Of a stretch of DNA of 64,000 nt, positions 1 to 12,429 are shown one piece after another; positions within the stretch are counted from its first letter, which is position 1, and the number at the start of each line of letters is the position of its first letter. Source of the DNA: Octopus vulgaris. Taxonomy: Eukaryota. The translations under genes and the position numbers were made by a program. The notes under the pieces were generated by a model. It worked only from the letters and a program-made list of their open reading frames with translations. It had not been told where the DNA came from and made no database searches. The stretch is from the NCBI GenBank assembly GCA_951406725.2, contig OX597826.1:47616001-47680000 (forward strand). Direction: 5' to 3'.

Positions 1-471
1 TGAAATCTGAGTACATTTGATATAACATTAATGATTGTAGATTCAAATGAACATTACTAAGGCGATAGATAAAGCCTTCAGATTCTGTTTATTTGAAGCC
101 CTCGAAATTTCATAAGCTAATAGTGTGAATTTGCAAAACAAATCTAACGAATTAATTCCAAATTATAAACATATATTAAGTTTAACGTTGCATTACCTTA
201 GGGAAAATGGTAAATATTACTTAATTAAATCGAGATTTCTTTTCTTTTTTCTTATCCTTCTAAATTTCTTCCCAATATCTCCATTCTGCAAGTCTTTATT
301 ACGGGCTTCGCTGATTTTTTTCCTCTCTATCCTCAAGGTTTGAAATGAGGTTCCTCGTCTCCTAAATTAGTACCACAAGAACATCCCAGCTTTATATTTT
401 TTACCGTCTGCTTACTTCTTCGGAGAATACCTACCTCTTTTACATTTGTCCTTTCAAAGATCCATCTAGTG

Positions 472-825
472 CAGGGGTTCTCAACCATTTTTTTAATCCA
501 TGGACCCCTTTGTTTACTGTTTTATTCTGGTGGACCTCCTTAGTCATTCGATGTTTAAAACTTCTTTCAAAATTCCTATTTTCTATTTCATTCATTAATT
601 TGTGTAAGTTGAACTATGTAAAATGCTAGAAAACGAAACCTAGCTGTTTTTTTTGCAATACATACTAACACATACATTTAAAATAAAAAAATTTTTCAGG
701 GGCCCTTAGAATATTATTGTAGATACCCAATTTACTATTTTGCTGCGTAGACACCGCCCCCCCCCAAAAAAAAAAATCTTATGTGGACCCTCAGGGGCTA
801 TATGGATCCCAATTGAGAAGTACTG
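472..825. mobile_element. hAT (Charlie/Buster-like) MITE
   Basis: TIRs CAGGGGTTCTCAA / TTGAGAAGTACTG; 8-bp TSD atctagtg (464-471) / gtctagtg (826-833); no ORF. Confidence 0.85.
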
Positions 826-1222
826 GTCTAGTGTATACGAGCATATAAACTTAAGGATTTACCTGAATGACACTTTAACTCGACTACTCGACACATTGAC
901 TTGACTTCACTTATATGAAAACTGCTGAAGATAACGTGTTCTTCGGTTACTTGTACTAATAGTATTTATGGTACCTATATTTCTATCGCAATAACACTGA
1001 CTGGCTCACAAATAATATCTTAAGTGTGGACTCACTTAAATGAACACCTTCTAACCGTACTTAACTATTTTCTAAGACCATTCTTGAACTTATACTTTGA
1101 GGCACTGCTCAGGAATCAGGACTATAACTGATTGAAAAATACATGCAACAATTTGAATCTCTTAATATTGTATTTTTCTGTTATGCTTTATTTGTTTATG
1201 TATATATATATATATATATATA

Positions 1223-1441
1223 CTCTTTTACTATTTCACTTGTTTCAGTCATTTGACTGCGGCCATGCTAGAGCACCGCCTTTGATCGTGCAACTCGACC
1301 CCGGGACTTATTCTTTTGTAAGCCCAGTACTTATTCTATCGGTCTCTTTTGCCGAACCGCTAAGTGACGGGGACATAAACACACCAGCATCGGTTGTCAA
1401 GCAATGCTAGGGGGACAAACACAGACACACAAACACACACA

Positions 1442-1480
<39 letters not shown>

Positions 1481-1642
1481 ACGACGGGCTTCTTTCAGTT
1501 TCCGTCTACCAAATCCACTCACAAGGATTTGATCGGCCCGTGGCTATAGTAGAACACACTTGCCCAAGGTGCCACGCAGTGGGACTGAACCCAGAACCAT
1601 GTGGCTGGTAAGCAAGCTACTTACCACACAGTCACTCCTGCG

Positions 1643-1646
<4 letters not shown>
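1223..1646 (-). mobile_element. tRNA-head SINE, family A (CORE-like GCACCTTGGGCAAGTG box, internal microsatellite)
   Basis: Reverse complement of the copy at 34131-34650; more than 15 copies in this window. Confidence 0.85.
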
Positions 1647-1687
<41 letters not shown>

Positions 1688-1689
1688 TT

Positions 1690-1950
1690 GGTGAATGCGC
1701 ATGGCTTAGTGGTAAGGGTATTCGGCTCACGGTCGTGCGCTCGATTCCCAGGGCAACACACATTATTCTTTGTTCCTCCAGTCCACTCAGGTGGCAAAAA
1801 CGAACAGTACCTATGCATCAAAGGGGCAGCTTTGTCACATCCTCTGTCACGCTGACTCTCCTTGGGAACTATGTTAAGAGGATGCGTGTCTATGGAGTGC
1901 TCAGTTAATTTCACGTGCTGGCTGTTCTGTAATGGCCTTGACCTTCGGAG
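1690..1950 (+). mobile_element. tRNA-head SINE, decayed
   Basis: A-box-like TGGCTTAGTGG, B-box-like TCGATTCC; CTCCAGTCCACTCAG body shared with 12122-12353. Confidence 0.6.
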
Positions 1951-2223
1951 TAGGATAGGCTCACATCCCTTCCCCTCAAGCACTGATGCCTCATTCGCTT
2001 CCCCTCTTTCCATTACCCGTCTTGTATCCAGCTTCTCCCCCCGTTCCGGGCATCACCTTAATCACCGTCTCCGTCCCTTCTTTCTCTGAACTTTGCTCAC
2101 CTCTGGATTTCCTCACTTAAATCTTACCAGCAATTATTGACTTAATGTTCAAGAAAAACATTAATAACATTAATTCCGGCATTCTAAGGGGTCTTGCGAG
2201 AGCTATGAGTACTGACTCTGTTG

Positions 2224-2524
2224 TTTGTTCCTTCTCGAGCCACGCCTGGCTCATAAGGGCCGGTTTCCCGGTTTCCTTAGCGTGTAGGTTCCCCACCTGG
2301 ACGAGAAGCCGGTCCGTTGCAGGTGAGGCTGCAAGATGCAGGAGGAAAGAGTGAGAGAAAGTTGTGGCGAAAGACTCAGCAGAAGTTCGCTATTACTTTC
2401 TGCCGGAGCCACGTGGAGCTTAGGTGTTTCGCTCATAAACACACGCATCGCCCGGTCTGAGATTCGAACTGGCGATCCCTCGACTGCGTGTCCGCTGCTC
2501 TAATCTCTAGGCCATGTGCCTCCA
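2224..2524 (-). mobile_element. tRNA-head SINE with Meta-domain-like body
   Basis: 13-bp TSD actgactctgttg (2211-2223 / 2525-2537); minus-strand GTTCGAATC B box; paralog at 4287-4590. Confidence 0.85.
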
Positions 2525-2994
2525 ACTGACTCTGTTGCCAGTCCTTGCAAATAAAAAACAGCAATCTGCCATGTACATGAGCTTATTTTAATCTATTGTC
2601 CCATACTAAATTGCATTTGTGTTACAATTAAAGTACAATGCACCCAATCACACACACACATCGACAAGCTTCAAATATCTCGTAATTAACTTATCCAGTT
2701 GTAATTATATCATGTAATATATCTTGTAATTAACTTCGCCAATCTTGTAATTAAATAAATCTCTTGATGCAGAAATCGTTGCATAAATAAGAGAAGCATC
2801 TGTTAACTTTGGGAGATGACATACTCTTGATAATGCACAGGATAATTAACAGTTTCATCAAATAAAAGAGACGTAATGTTAATGAGACTCGAGTTTTCAA
2901 AGTGTTCTGACACGGTATAGAGAGATATGGACAGCGTATTATTAGCAGCAGAACAAACTCGAAGTATCACAGCTCCGCGAGTATCTGTTAGATG

Positions 2995-3160
2995 TATTTG
3001 GAGGTGAGTTTGGTAGATTCATTAGAGCAACGCTTAAAATGATTTGCAGTATTCGTTACGGCTATCTCTGCTCTGAGTTCAAATCGCATCGTGTTTGACT
3101 TTGTCTTTTTTTCTTACGAGATCAATAGATAAAGTATCAATACCGTGATCAATTATTCTA
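2995..3160 (+). mobile_element. Nin/Deu-like SINE, decayed
   Basis: Similar to 13066-13297 (ctgagttcaaat...gactttg...gataaagtatca). Confidence 0.55.
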
Positions 3161-3249
3161 CACTCTTCCTTTGTTTCTCCCTCTCCCTCTCTCTCTCTCT
3201 CTTTCTCCCTCTCCCTCTCTTTCTTTCTTACACATACACACACTTTTCA

Positions 3250-3380
3250 TTCTGTCGTTGGAAGAATTTGGTTGTGTCCAGCAGATCGAAAGAGAAATGA
3301 AGACCACTGAACATGAAATGACCAAGTTATGTTGTGTTCCAAGATGGGTACCCTACAGAATGACCGAAGGAAAACATGAA
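3250..3380 (+). pseudogene. Possible mariner transposase scrap
   Basis: TEHEMTKLCCVPRWVPYRMTE resembles the mariner WVPxxLT linker motif. Confidence 0.35.
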
Positions 3381-3479
3381 GATATTTTCGGTCTCACCTG
3401 GTGGAACCATATATTAATACATTGAATAAATAGAGATTTAATTACTGCAGGTAGGTTGTTCCATGATAATCTGCAGCAG

Positions 3480-3515
<36 letters not shown>

Positions 3516-3547
3516 GTATATGTACATGTGTATATATATATATACAG

Positions 3548-3848
3548 GTAAGGTAAAGGTGAAGATAACAACCCACTTCGGTCATGAATGACCATGAGAT
3601 TGCACCCAGAAAGTTACCCTCCAAGGGTCGAGTCCAGACAAGGTTGTTTATGGAAGACCACCAGTCACCCATGCATACCAGCCTCACCTCTCCATGCCAC
3701 CGATGTTATCCTACAACTCATTCCTACAGCTGAGTGAACTGGGACAACGTGAAATAAAGTGTCTTGCTCATGAACACAACACATAGCCCGGTCCGTGAAT
3801 CGAACTCACTACCTCATGATTGTGAGCCCGGCGCTCTATCCAAAGAGC
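3548..3848 (-). mobile_element. tRNA-head SINE with distinct 3' tail
   Basis: Head and body (gctgagtgaactgg...aagtgtcttgctca...gaatcgaac) shared with 12122-12353. Confidence 0.65.
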
Positions 3849-3909
3849 CGTGTGTGTGTGTGTGTGTGTGCGTGTATGTGTGTGTGTGTGTGAGTGTGTG
3901 TGTGTGTGT

Positions 3910-3984
<75 letters not shown>

Positions 3985-4286
3985 GTATGTGCTATGGATA
4001 CTTGGCAATGGACATGAATCGGCAACTGAAACCGTTAGTGCATGAAATAATAGAGGACCTAAACCTCTACCACGAGCTTCGGTTCCAAGAGAATAACAGA
4101 AAGTAGTCTATGAAATCCAGGTTTGAACTGCAATTTGAAAGGCATAATAAATATAAGATCCTAATATCATATTCTTTATTTTATAGTCAGCAATGCATGC
4201 AGAGTTTATGACTTTTTACAAAGCCTTCAAGACTGGATGGAGGAGGCGGAAGATATCTATCTGGCCTCAAATGCTTGCAACATAAT

Positions 4287-4590
4287 GTAGTTTGTTCCTT
4301 CCCGAGCCATGCGTGGCTCATAAGGGCCGGTTTCTCAGTTTCCTTGGCGTATAGGTTCTCCACCTGGACGGGACGCCGATCCGTCGCAGGTGAGCTGCAA
4401 GATGCAGGAGGAAAGAGTGAGAGAAATTTGTGGTGAAAGAGTCATCAGAAGTTCACCATTACCTTCTGCCGGAGCCGCGTGGAGCTTAAGTGTTTCACTC
4501 ATAAACACACACATCGCCCGGTCTGAGATTCGAACCCGCGATCCCTCGACCGCGAGTCCGCTGCTCCAACCACTAGGCCATGTGCTTACA
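4287..4590 (-). mobile_element. tRNA-head SINE with Meta-domain-like body
   Basis: 13-bp TSD cttgcaacataat (4274-4286 / 4591-4603); close paralog of 2224-2524. Confidence 0.85.
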
Positions 4591-4879
4591 CTTGCAACAT
4601 AATAGGCTACACTAAACGAGACCAAGGTTTCAGGCTGCGGCACTAAAAAAAAACCTAAAGCGAGTGACGAATTATGTCTACCACCCAGTGAAATTGAAGA
4701 GACGTGCCATAGATTAATGTGTTGCTCGTGATAAAACGATTGATATTTTCTTTCCGTTTGTGATTTATATGGATGTGTGTGTGTATGTGCGTGTACATAT
4801 ATAAACGGTCGTATTCTACAATGTTTTGGGGGTAGCTTTTCGTAAGGAATTTAGAATGTGAAGTGTGGAAGAAGTATCT

Positions 4880-5285
4880 TTTATCTTTTGTCTTTTACTT
4901 ATTTCAATCTTTGATTGTGGCCATCCTGGGGCACTGCATTGAAGAATTTTATTCGAATGAATCAAATCCAGTACTGTTTTTCTAAGCCTGGTACTTATTC
5001 TATCGGTTACTACTGCCGAACCGCTAGATTACGGGGACGTAAGCACACCAACACAGGTTGTCAAGCGATGGTAGGGGAGACAAAACACAGACACAAATAC
5101 ACACGTAGATATATACGTAGACGACTGGCTTCTTTCAGTTTCCATCTACCAAATCCACTTGCAAGGCTTTGGTCGTCCCGAACCTATAGTATAAGACATT
5201 GGCCCTGGGCGTCACGCGGTGGAACTGAACCCAGAACCATGTGATTGAGAAGCAAACTTCTTACCAAACAGCAACTCCTGCTCCT
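4880..5285 (-). mobile_element. SINE family A
   Basis: Similarity to other family A copies. Confidence 0.8.
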
Positions 5286-6009
5286 GTAAGTAGAAGTATA
5301 CAAAACTAAGCAGAAATATATAGAAGTTTGAAGAAGTGTAGTATCGTATACATCTGGAATTAACCAAAGAAAAGGGAAAAACAGACGCAACTTAATAACC
5401 AGGAATTACATTTCAGGTGTAAAGTATTACGTTTCATGCTTTATGGCCCAAAATCCATCTCTTGAGAGCTTTGAGAATTTTTATTCTCCTGGGTGCACTT
5501 GACTAATATGGAGACTAATGTGTATAAAATGAGTAACAATAATATATATTATAAGTAGCAATGATGATTAAATACCCAAATTCATTAGAGAACAGAAAAA
5601 TTTGTCCTCATCACCAGCTTGGAGTTACATTCAAACAAACAGCAATTATGAGTTCAGCAGCAGCAGAAGTAACGGTGGTGGTGGTATTGGTGGTGGTGGT
5701 GGTGGTGGTGCTGGTGGTGGTGGTGGTGGTGGTGGTGGTGGTCTTGGTGGTGGTGGTAGAATTTCACGCTTATTTCTCCCTGCTTGCAATAGATCAGACG
5801 GAGTTTTGTTGTAGCAGATTTTCTATGGCTGGATGCCCTCCATCCATGCTGTCAATCCTTACCTTTATTTCCTAGGGAAGTAATATTTTCCTATGGTCAG
5901 ACGAGTTTGTCACGGAAGGCAGGAAAGGACGAAGGTCACTCGTATGATAATGATCCTTCTTTAAAGTATTCAAACGATGTCAAGATAAGGGAACACACAA
6001 ACACACTAC

Positions 6010-6176
6010 AGGTGCCTGCGTGGCTGTGTGGTAAGAAGTTGCTTCCCAGCTACATGGTTCCGGGTTCAGTACCACTGCGTGGAACCTTGGGCAAATGTCT
6101 TCTACTATGGCCTCGGCCAACCAAACCCTTGTGAGTGGATTTGATAGAGGGAAACTGAAAGAAGCCCGTCGTATAT

Positions 6177-6248
<72 letters not shown>

Positions 6249-6430
6249 TCTGTCTGTGTTTGCATCCCTCCTCCACTTGACAACTGGTATTGGTGTGTTT
6301 ACATCCCTGCAACTTAGTGGTTCGGCAAAAGTTATTGAAAGAATCAGTACGAGGCTTTCAAACAGAAGTGGGGTTGATTGAAAACGGTGCTCCAGCATGG
6401 ACGTTGTGTAATAGCTGAAATAAGTAAAAG
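6010..6430 (+). mobile_element. SINE family A with internal (TA)n
   Basis: Head GGCTGTGTGGTAAG...GGGTTCAGT, CORE-like box, tail GGTGCTCCAGCATGG. Confidence 0.8.
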
Positions 6431-6482
6431 GTATATTTATATTATGCGCCCACTCATGTATGTACACATATACACACACTAA

Positions 6483-6630
6483 AGCCTCCGTCCACCAAAT
6501 CCACTCACAAAATTTAGGTCGACCCCCCCCCCCCAAGTTGCAGACGGCGTTTGACCAAAGTGCTAAACAGTGGGTCTGAACCTATAACCTCGAGGTTGGG
6601 AACGAAGTTTCTTAACCACGCGACCACACA
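6483..6630 (-). mobile_element. SINE family A head fragment
   Basis: ccaaatccactcacaa...ctgaacc...cttaaccac. Confidence 0.6.
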
Positions 6631-6785
6631 CATGTCTGGGTCTACGTCTAAAAAGTATAATAATATAATTCTATTTCTTTTTTTTCTTTTCTCGCCTTCA
6701 TTTGGAAATAAAAGCGATAACATTCATAAGAACTAAGAAATGAATAAAATCTTCGACAATCATAATTTTTCGTTCTTCTTATTCC

Positions 6786-8390
6786 TTATAACCTCCGCCA
6801 AGGAAGGAGGTTATCTTTTCATCGGCGTTGGTTTGTCCGTCTATGTGCAAAATAACTCAAACAGTTGCCAACGGTATTTGATGAAACTTGCAGGAAAAGT
6901 TGGTAATGATACAAGGAAAGGATGATCAAATTTTGGTAGTGATCTGGGAATTTTTATGGATTCTTGAAGGATTTTTCATTTGTTATATTTACTTTACATG
7001 AAGTATTACAATATTACGTTCTTTTATTATCTCCCTTGAAAACACGTTCATCGTTTCCACGTAACCTATGGTGGCGTTGCTGTTTCCAAAGTTTATTTTC
7101 GTTTCTCTATTAGTAATTTTACTCGCATATCTATCTTAAAATGAAATGCTTGGCGGAGGTCTGCGCTCTCCGAGTGGCTTTCTAGTTCCTTATTTTATTT
7201 TCCAATCTCAGCTAATCACCCAAATGTTGGTAGTGATCCGGGAGTTTTTATGGATTCTTGAAGGATTTTTCATTTGTTATATTTACCTTACATGAAGTAT
7301 TACAATGTTACTTTCTTTGATTATCTCCCTTGAAAACACGTTCATCGTTTCCATGTAACCTATGGTGGCGTTGCTGTTTACAAAGTTTATTTTCGTTTCT
7401 CTATTAGTAAATTTACTCGCGTATCTATCTAAAAATGAAATGCTTGGCTTGGCGGAGGTCTGCGCTCTCCGAGTGGCTTTCTAGTTCCTTATTTTATTTT
7501 CCAATCTCAACTAATGACCCTGATATTGGTAGTGATCCGGGAGTTTTTATGGATTCTTGAAGGATTTTTCATTTGTTATATTTACTTTACATGAAGTATT
7601 ACAATGTTATGTTCTTTTATTATCTCCCTTGAAAGCACGTTCATCGTTTCCACGTAACCTATGGTGGCGTTGCTGTTTCCAAAGTTTATTTTCGTTTCTC
7701 TATTAGTATTTTTACTCGCGTATCTATCTTAAAATGACCTTCTTGGCGGAGGTCTGCGCTCTCCGAGTGGGTTTCTGGTTCCTTATTTTATTTTCCAATC
7801 TCAACTAATAACCCTGATATTGGTAGTGATCCGGGAGTTTTTATGGATTCTTGAAGGATTTTTCATTTGTCATATTTACCTTACATGAAGTATTACAATG
7901 TTACGTTCTTTTATTATCTCCCTTGAAAACACGTTCATCATTTCCACGTAACCTATGGTGGCGTTGCTGTTTACAAAGTTTATTTTCGTCTCTATTAGTA
8001 AATTTACTCGCGTATCTATCTAAAAATGAAATGCTTGGCGGAGGTCTGCGCTCTCCGAGTGGCTTTCTAGATCCTTATTTTATTTTCCAATCTCAGCTAA
8101 TCACCCAAATGTTGGTAGTGATCCGGGAGTTTTTATGGATTCTTGAAGGATTTTTTATTTGTCATATTTACTTTACATGAAGTATTACGTTACGTTCTTT
8201 TATTATCTCCCTTGAAAACATGTTCATCATTTCCACGTAACCTATGGTGGCGTTGCTGTTTACAAAGTTTCTCTATTAGTAAATTTACTCGCGTATCTAT
8301 CTAAAAATGAAATGCTTGGCGGAGGTCTGCGCTCTCCGAGTGGTTTTCTAGTTCCTTATTTTATTTTCCAATCTTGACTAATCACCCAAT
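6786..8390 (+). mobile_element. Helentron/HINE-like non-autonomous element with 5 tandem copies (~294 bp) of its 3' part
   Basis: 5' subterminal IR ACCTCCGCCAAG; each unit carries CTTGGCGGAGGT, hairpin CGCTC-TCC-GAGTG and CTAGTT; units start near 6934, 7228, 7527, 7821, 8113. Confidence 0.8.
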
Positions 8391-8930
8391 AAAAATTGAA
8401 AAAAATTCTCCCTTAGTAATATAATATTTCCTCCGATGTGATCCGCAATAGTAAAATATGCAACTATTTTCACTTCTGTGTTATTCCACTAAAAATATAT
8501 CATTGACAAAATATCACATCTGTTCTAATTTATATTATTTTATTTTAATTTAGCTTTTGTGTTTATTTATTTGTTTTGTTTGTTTCTCTTATTTCACAAT
8601 TAGAAATTCCCTGGGGGACATCATTTTCCAATATTTTTAAGGATAAAAGCTACAACATTTGAAATATTAAGTTCAAGAGAAATATTAGCGATAAGCGCGC
8701 GAGAGAGAGAGGGAGAGGGGGGAGGGCGTAGAAAGAGGGAGAGAAAGAGAGAGAGGGAGAAATAGTGAGAGAGGGGTAAAAGAAATTACTTTTATGTCTA
8801 AGTATTTGACATCTTAAACTCAGTAGAAAAATACACTGCTGGGTTGGAATGTATATGTGTGTATGCGCGCGAGTGTATATATCTATTTAAACATATTCAT
8901 ATTTACATATACACAAACGCATACACACAC

Positions 8931-8973
<43 letters not shown>

Positions 8974-9068
8974 CATACATAAATGTATGTAAATGAGAGT
9001 GATGTTAATATGTTTGTGAGCAAATTCAAACATTAGGCTACCCAAAATTAATTCCATGGAATCCAAAA

Positions 9069-9070
<2 letters not shown>

Positions 9071-9106
<36 letters not shown>

Positions 9107-9176
9107 GCTATTATTACTACTACTAATTTCATTATTAACATCATCATCATCATCATTATCATCATGAGTATTATTA

Positions 9177-9211
<35 letters not shown>

Positions 9212-9301
9212 GCTATTATTACTACTACTAATTTCATTATTAACATCATCATCATCATCATTATCATCATGAGTATTATTATTGTTATTATTATTATTAT
9301 T

Positions 9302-9337
<36 letters not shown>

Positions 9338-9340
9338 ACG
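9071..9340. repeat. Compound (ATT)/(ATC)/(GTT) microsatellite with 105-bp tandem duplication
   Basis: GCTATTATTACTACTACTAATTTC at 9107 and 9212. Confidence 0.9.
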
Positions 9341-9744
9341 GTTACTACTATTAAAAAAGGAGGGTGAGTAAAAAGAAAGAAAGAAAGAAAGAAGTAGTAA
9401 ACAGTGAGAGAAAGGGTGTGAAAATGGGTATGGTGGGGTAGAGGAAGGGGGTAGTCACTGAGTAAAATGGAAAATGCATATTAAACCCAACTGTAGAAAG
9501 TGTACTTTGTTGTATATTAATGAAAATTCCAGTTTACGGTAGGATCATCGAAGTAAAGAAAGATTGTTGGTAAAATAGAAGGACTATATATCTGCTTATA
9601 CGGTGACCATATAAATATCGTACCTTCCTGTCTAAATGTTATATATATATATATATATATACATATATACATATGAAAATGTTGAACAATGAGAATGAGT
9701 GCTCAACACTGCATTGGTGGATAAAGTTTCTTTATTTGTGTATT

Positions 9745-9807
9745 ACGGTTACAATTAGTTTCATGTTAAGAAAAATATCCTAATATCTTCCTGAATTTTC
9801 AAGCCGT
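9745..9807 (-). ncRNA. Decayed type I hammerhead ribozyme-like motif
   Basis: ACGGC-TTGAAAA-[10-bp stem AGGAAGATAT/ATATTTTTCT]-GAAAC-TAATT-GTA-ACCGT. Confidence 0.5.
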
Positions 9808-9928
9808 TGACTCGGAGGGATGGTGTTCATCTCTCTTTTGGCTGCATACACGAAAGATATGTACGTATACATATATACATATATACATACATACATACAT
9901 ACATACATACATACATACATACATACAT

Positions 9929-9962
<34 letters not shown>

Positions 9963-10017
9963 ACATACGTAAGTACGTACAAACAAACGCACACACACAC
10001 ACACATACACACACACT

Positions 10018-10094
<77 letters not shown>

Positions 10095-10892
10095 ATAGGT
10101 AAGTACGATCCATGGATCAAAGTGTAGGACGTTAGTAAGCTTCGAGCATGCATGCTGTACAGATGTATAGTATAGATTACTAAAAGTGAACAATATACGA
10201 TAAAATGAGTTTTTTAACCGCTGTAAGATAGACACTTCGTCCCATATTGAAATCAAAAGAAATTTCGATAAGCTGACAGTCACCATGCAACTCCCGGTTT
10301 AGCAACTAAAGTTGCTAAGAATGCGTTTTTATATTTGGCTATGTAAAGAATGGAACAGATAAGACACAGACTACGAGCGTTTCATTGCTAAAGCGATGAT
10401 TGTTACATAACTTGCAACATACATAGAAACAGCTTAGCTAATCTTCAAGTCGTATTAACTATAAGTTGTTTACACTGTGGCGTAGAGATAAACAACTGAA
10501 TTATCAAACTAGTCATATCATGAAGGACAAGTTCAAAAAAGGAAAACAAACGAAACCAAATGACCAATAAAAGTAATAGTTAGCGAATAGGTCACCCAAA
10601 AGGTGTTTAAAGATGTCATTAAGTCAAGGAAAAGGATTCTAGGTAGAGGGACAGAGGACGTGGAGAGGACGGACGATAAAATTCTTTCACACTTAAGCGT
10701 CAGGGAGATAGTAAGTGACAAGTAATACATACACACATGCTCTTGCATCACCTTAAATACGTATAGTATTGAAAATGTGTATATAGGCATGTATGTATGT
10801 AAGTTTACAATGTGCATGAATATGTGTGTGTGTATGCATGTACATACATATATGTTCATGAGTGTGGGTATGCTTATATGTATATGAATATA

Positions 10893-11600
10893 TCAGGTCA
10901 TCCCATAAGTTCTGTCCGAATTTTGAATAAAGGAAACAAGTGATCACATGTTATATTTAATTGATATTTAATCACCAATTACTTTCCCTGATTATATATG
11001 ACTTCCTTCCATCTATTTACAAGCTTTTTAATCCCATCAATGTAAAACTCTTTTGGTTTCAAAGCGAAGAATTCTGAAATGTCAGTTTCGACCTCCTCCT
11101 GGCTTGTGAATGTTATGTACCCCAAATGATTCTGTAAACTACGAAACAAATGGTAGTCTGAAGGAGCAAGGTCGAGAGAATAAGGTAGATGAGAACAAAT
11201 TTTCCCAACAAAGCTCTTCGATCTTTTGTGATGTGATCATTGCGGTGTGGGGTCGCGCATTGACCTGATGAAACATCACTCCTTTTTGATTTACTAAAGG
11301 GGTCATTTTTTTTCTTCAAAGCTTGGTTCAAACGCTGTAATTGCTGACAGTAAACTTGAGCTTTGATTTTTGCATTGTTGGTAATAATTCAAAGTGAATT
11401 ATTCCTTTGCAGTCCCACCAGATAGAGAGAAGAACCTTTTTTCCATGAAATTCCTGTCTCAGTTGTGGTTGAGATTTTTCCCATTTTACCAAACGTTTAC
11501 GACGTTTAACATTTCTATAGAAGATCCATTTTTCGTCACCAGTCACAAGTCTATCCAAAAAGCGTGAAATGATTTCGCGAGAATTTGCGGTTGCTTTCGA
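10893..11600 (-). mobile_element. Mariner transposon relic (catalytic domain and one TIR)
   Basis: FLDRLVTGDEKWIFY...HGKKVLLSIWWDCKGIIHFELLP in ORF 11328-11834; TA followed by TIR-like tcaggtcatcccataagttctgtccga; frameshifted. Confidence 0.9.
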
Positions 11601-11728
11601 ACACCCACCACCTCTATATGTGTGTGTGCGTGTATGTGTGTGTGTGTGTGTGTGTGTTTGTGCGTGTGTATGAATGTATGTATGTATGTATGTATGTATG
11701 TATGTATGTATGTATGTATGTATGTATG

Positions 11729-11783
<55 letters not shown>

Positions 11784-11867
11784 TTGAAATTTATAGAAAA
11801 AAAAGACGAAAACAGGTGTATGAACAACAAGCACGTGTATTAGTTTGACGCTCAGGAAAAGTGAAGT

Positions 11868-11902
11868 CTTTTACGTTTCAAGGTACGCTCTTCAGCAGAA
11901 AG
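11868..11902 (-). ncRNA. Decayed minimal hammerhead-like motif
   Basis: CTTT-CTGCTGA-AGAGCGTACCTT-GAAAC-GTA-AAAG; stem I CTTT/AAAG; ACGT palindrome in place of stem III. Confidence 0.5.
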
Positions 11903-12121
11903 GATTAAAAGGAAATAAACAGGGAGTATAAGAAAAACGGGTAAAGTTACATATCTGTGTGTGTGTGTAAACCCCTTTCGGGGTCACACATATTATTTAT
12001 TCGAAATTAGCTAAAATACCTCTAATATTTCATATTATTTTATCTCTGTTTCACTTTTTATCTTTTTCATACTCTTTGTTTATTTACATTTATATATATA
12101 TATCAAATAAAATAAAATAAA

Positions 12122-12350
12122 TGCGCCCTTTTAAAGCCTAGCCAGGCTCATGGGTCCGGTTTCCCGGCTTCTATGGCGTATGCAATCCCCAGTTGGACGG
12201 GACGCCAGTCCATCGCAGTTTTGCCAGCTGAGTGGACTGGAGCAACGTGAAATGAAGTGTTTTGCTCAAGAACACCACGTCGCCCGGTCCGGGAATCGAA
12301 ACCACAATCTTACGATCATGATGCTGACACCCTAACCACTAAGCCACGCG

Positions 12351-12353
<3 letters not shown>
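12122..12353 (-). mobile_element. tRNA-head SINE with Meta-domain-like body
   Basis: Minus strand CTGCGATGGACTGGCGTCCCGTCCA...CCGGGAAACCGG; A and B boxes. Confidence 0.8.
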
Positions 12354-12406
<53 letters not shown>

Positions 12407-12429
12407 CATATATATATATATTCTTACAT

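Noticed and set aside
2440-2524. tRNA gene
   Set aside because: tRNA-like SINE head continuous with a SINE body and bounded by TSDs; the same applies to the other heads
6934-8390. CRISPR-like array
   Set aside because: Whole ~294-bp units repeat with no unique spacers; eukaryotic context; no cas genes
10118-10166. Hammerhead on the minus strand (CTGTACA...GAAG)
   Set aside because: Both core boxes mismatched and no stem III
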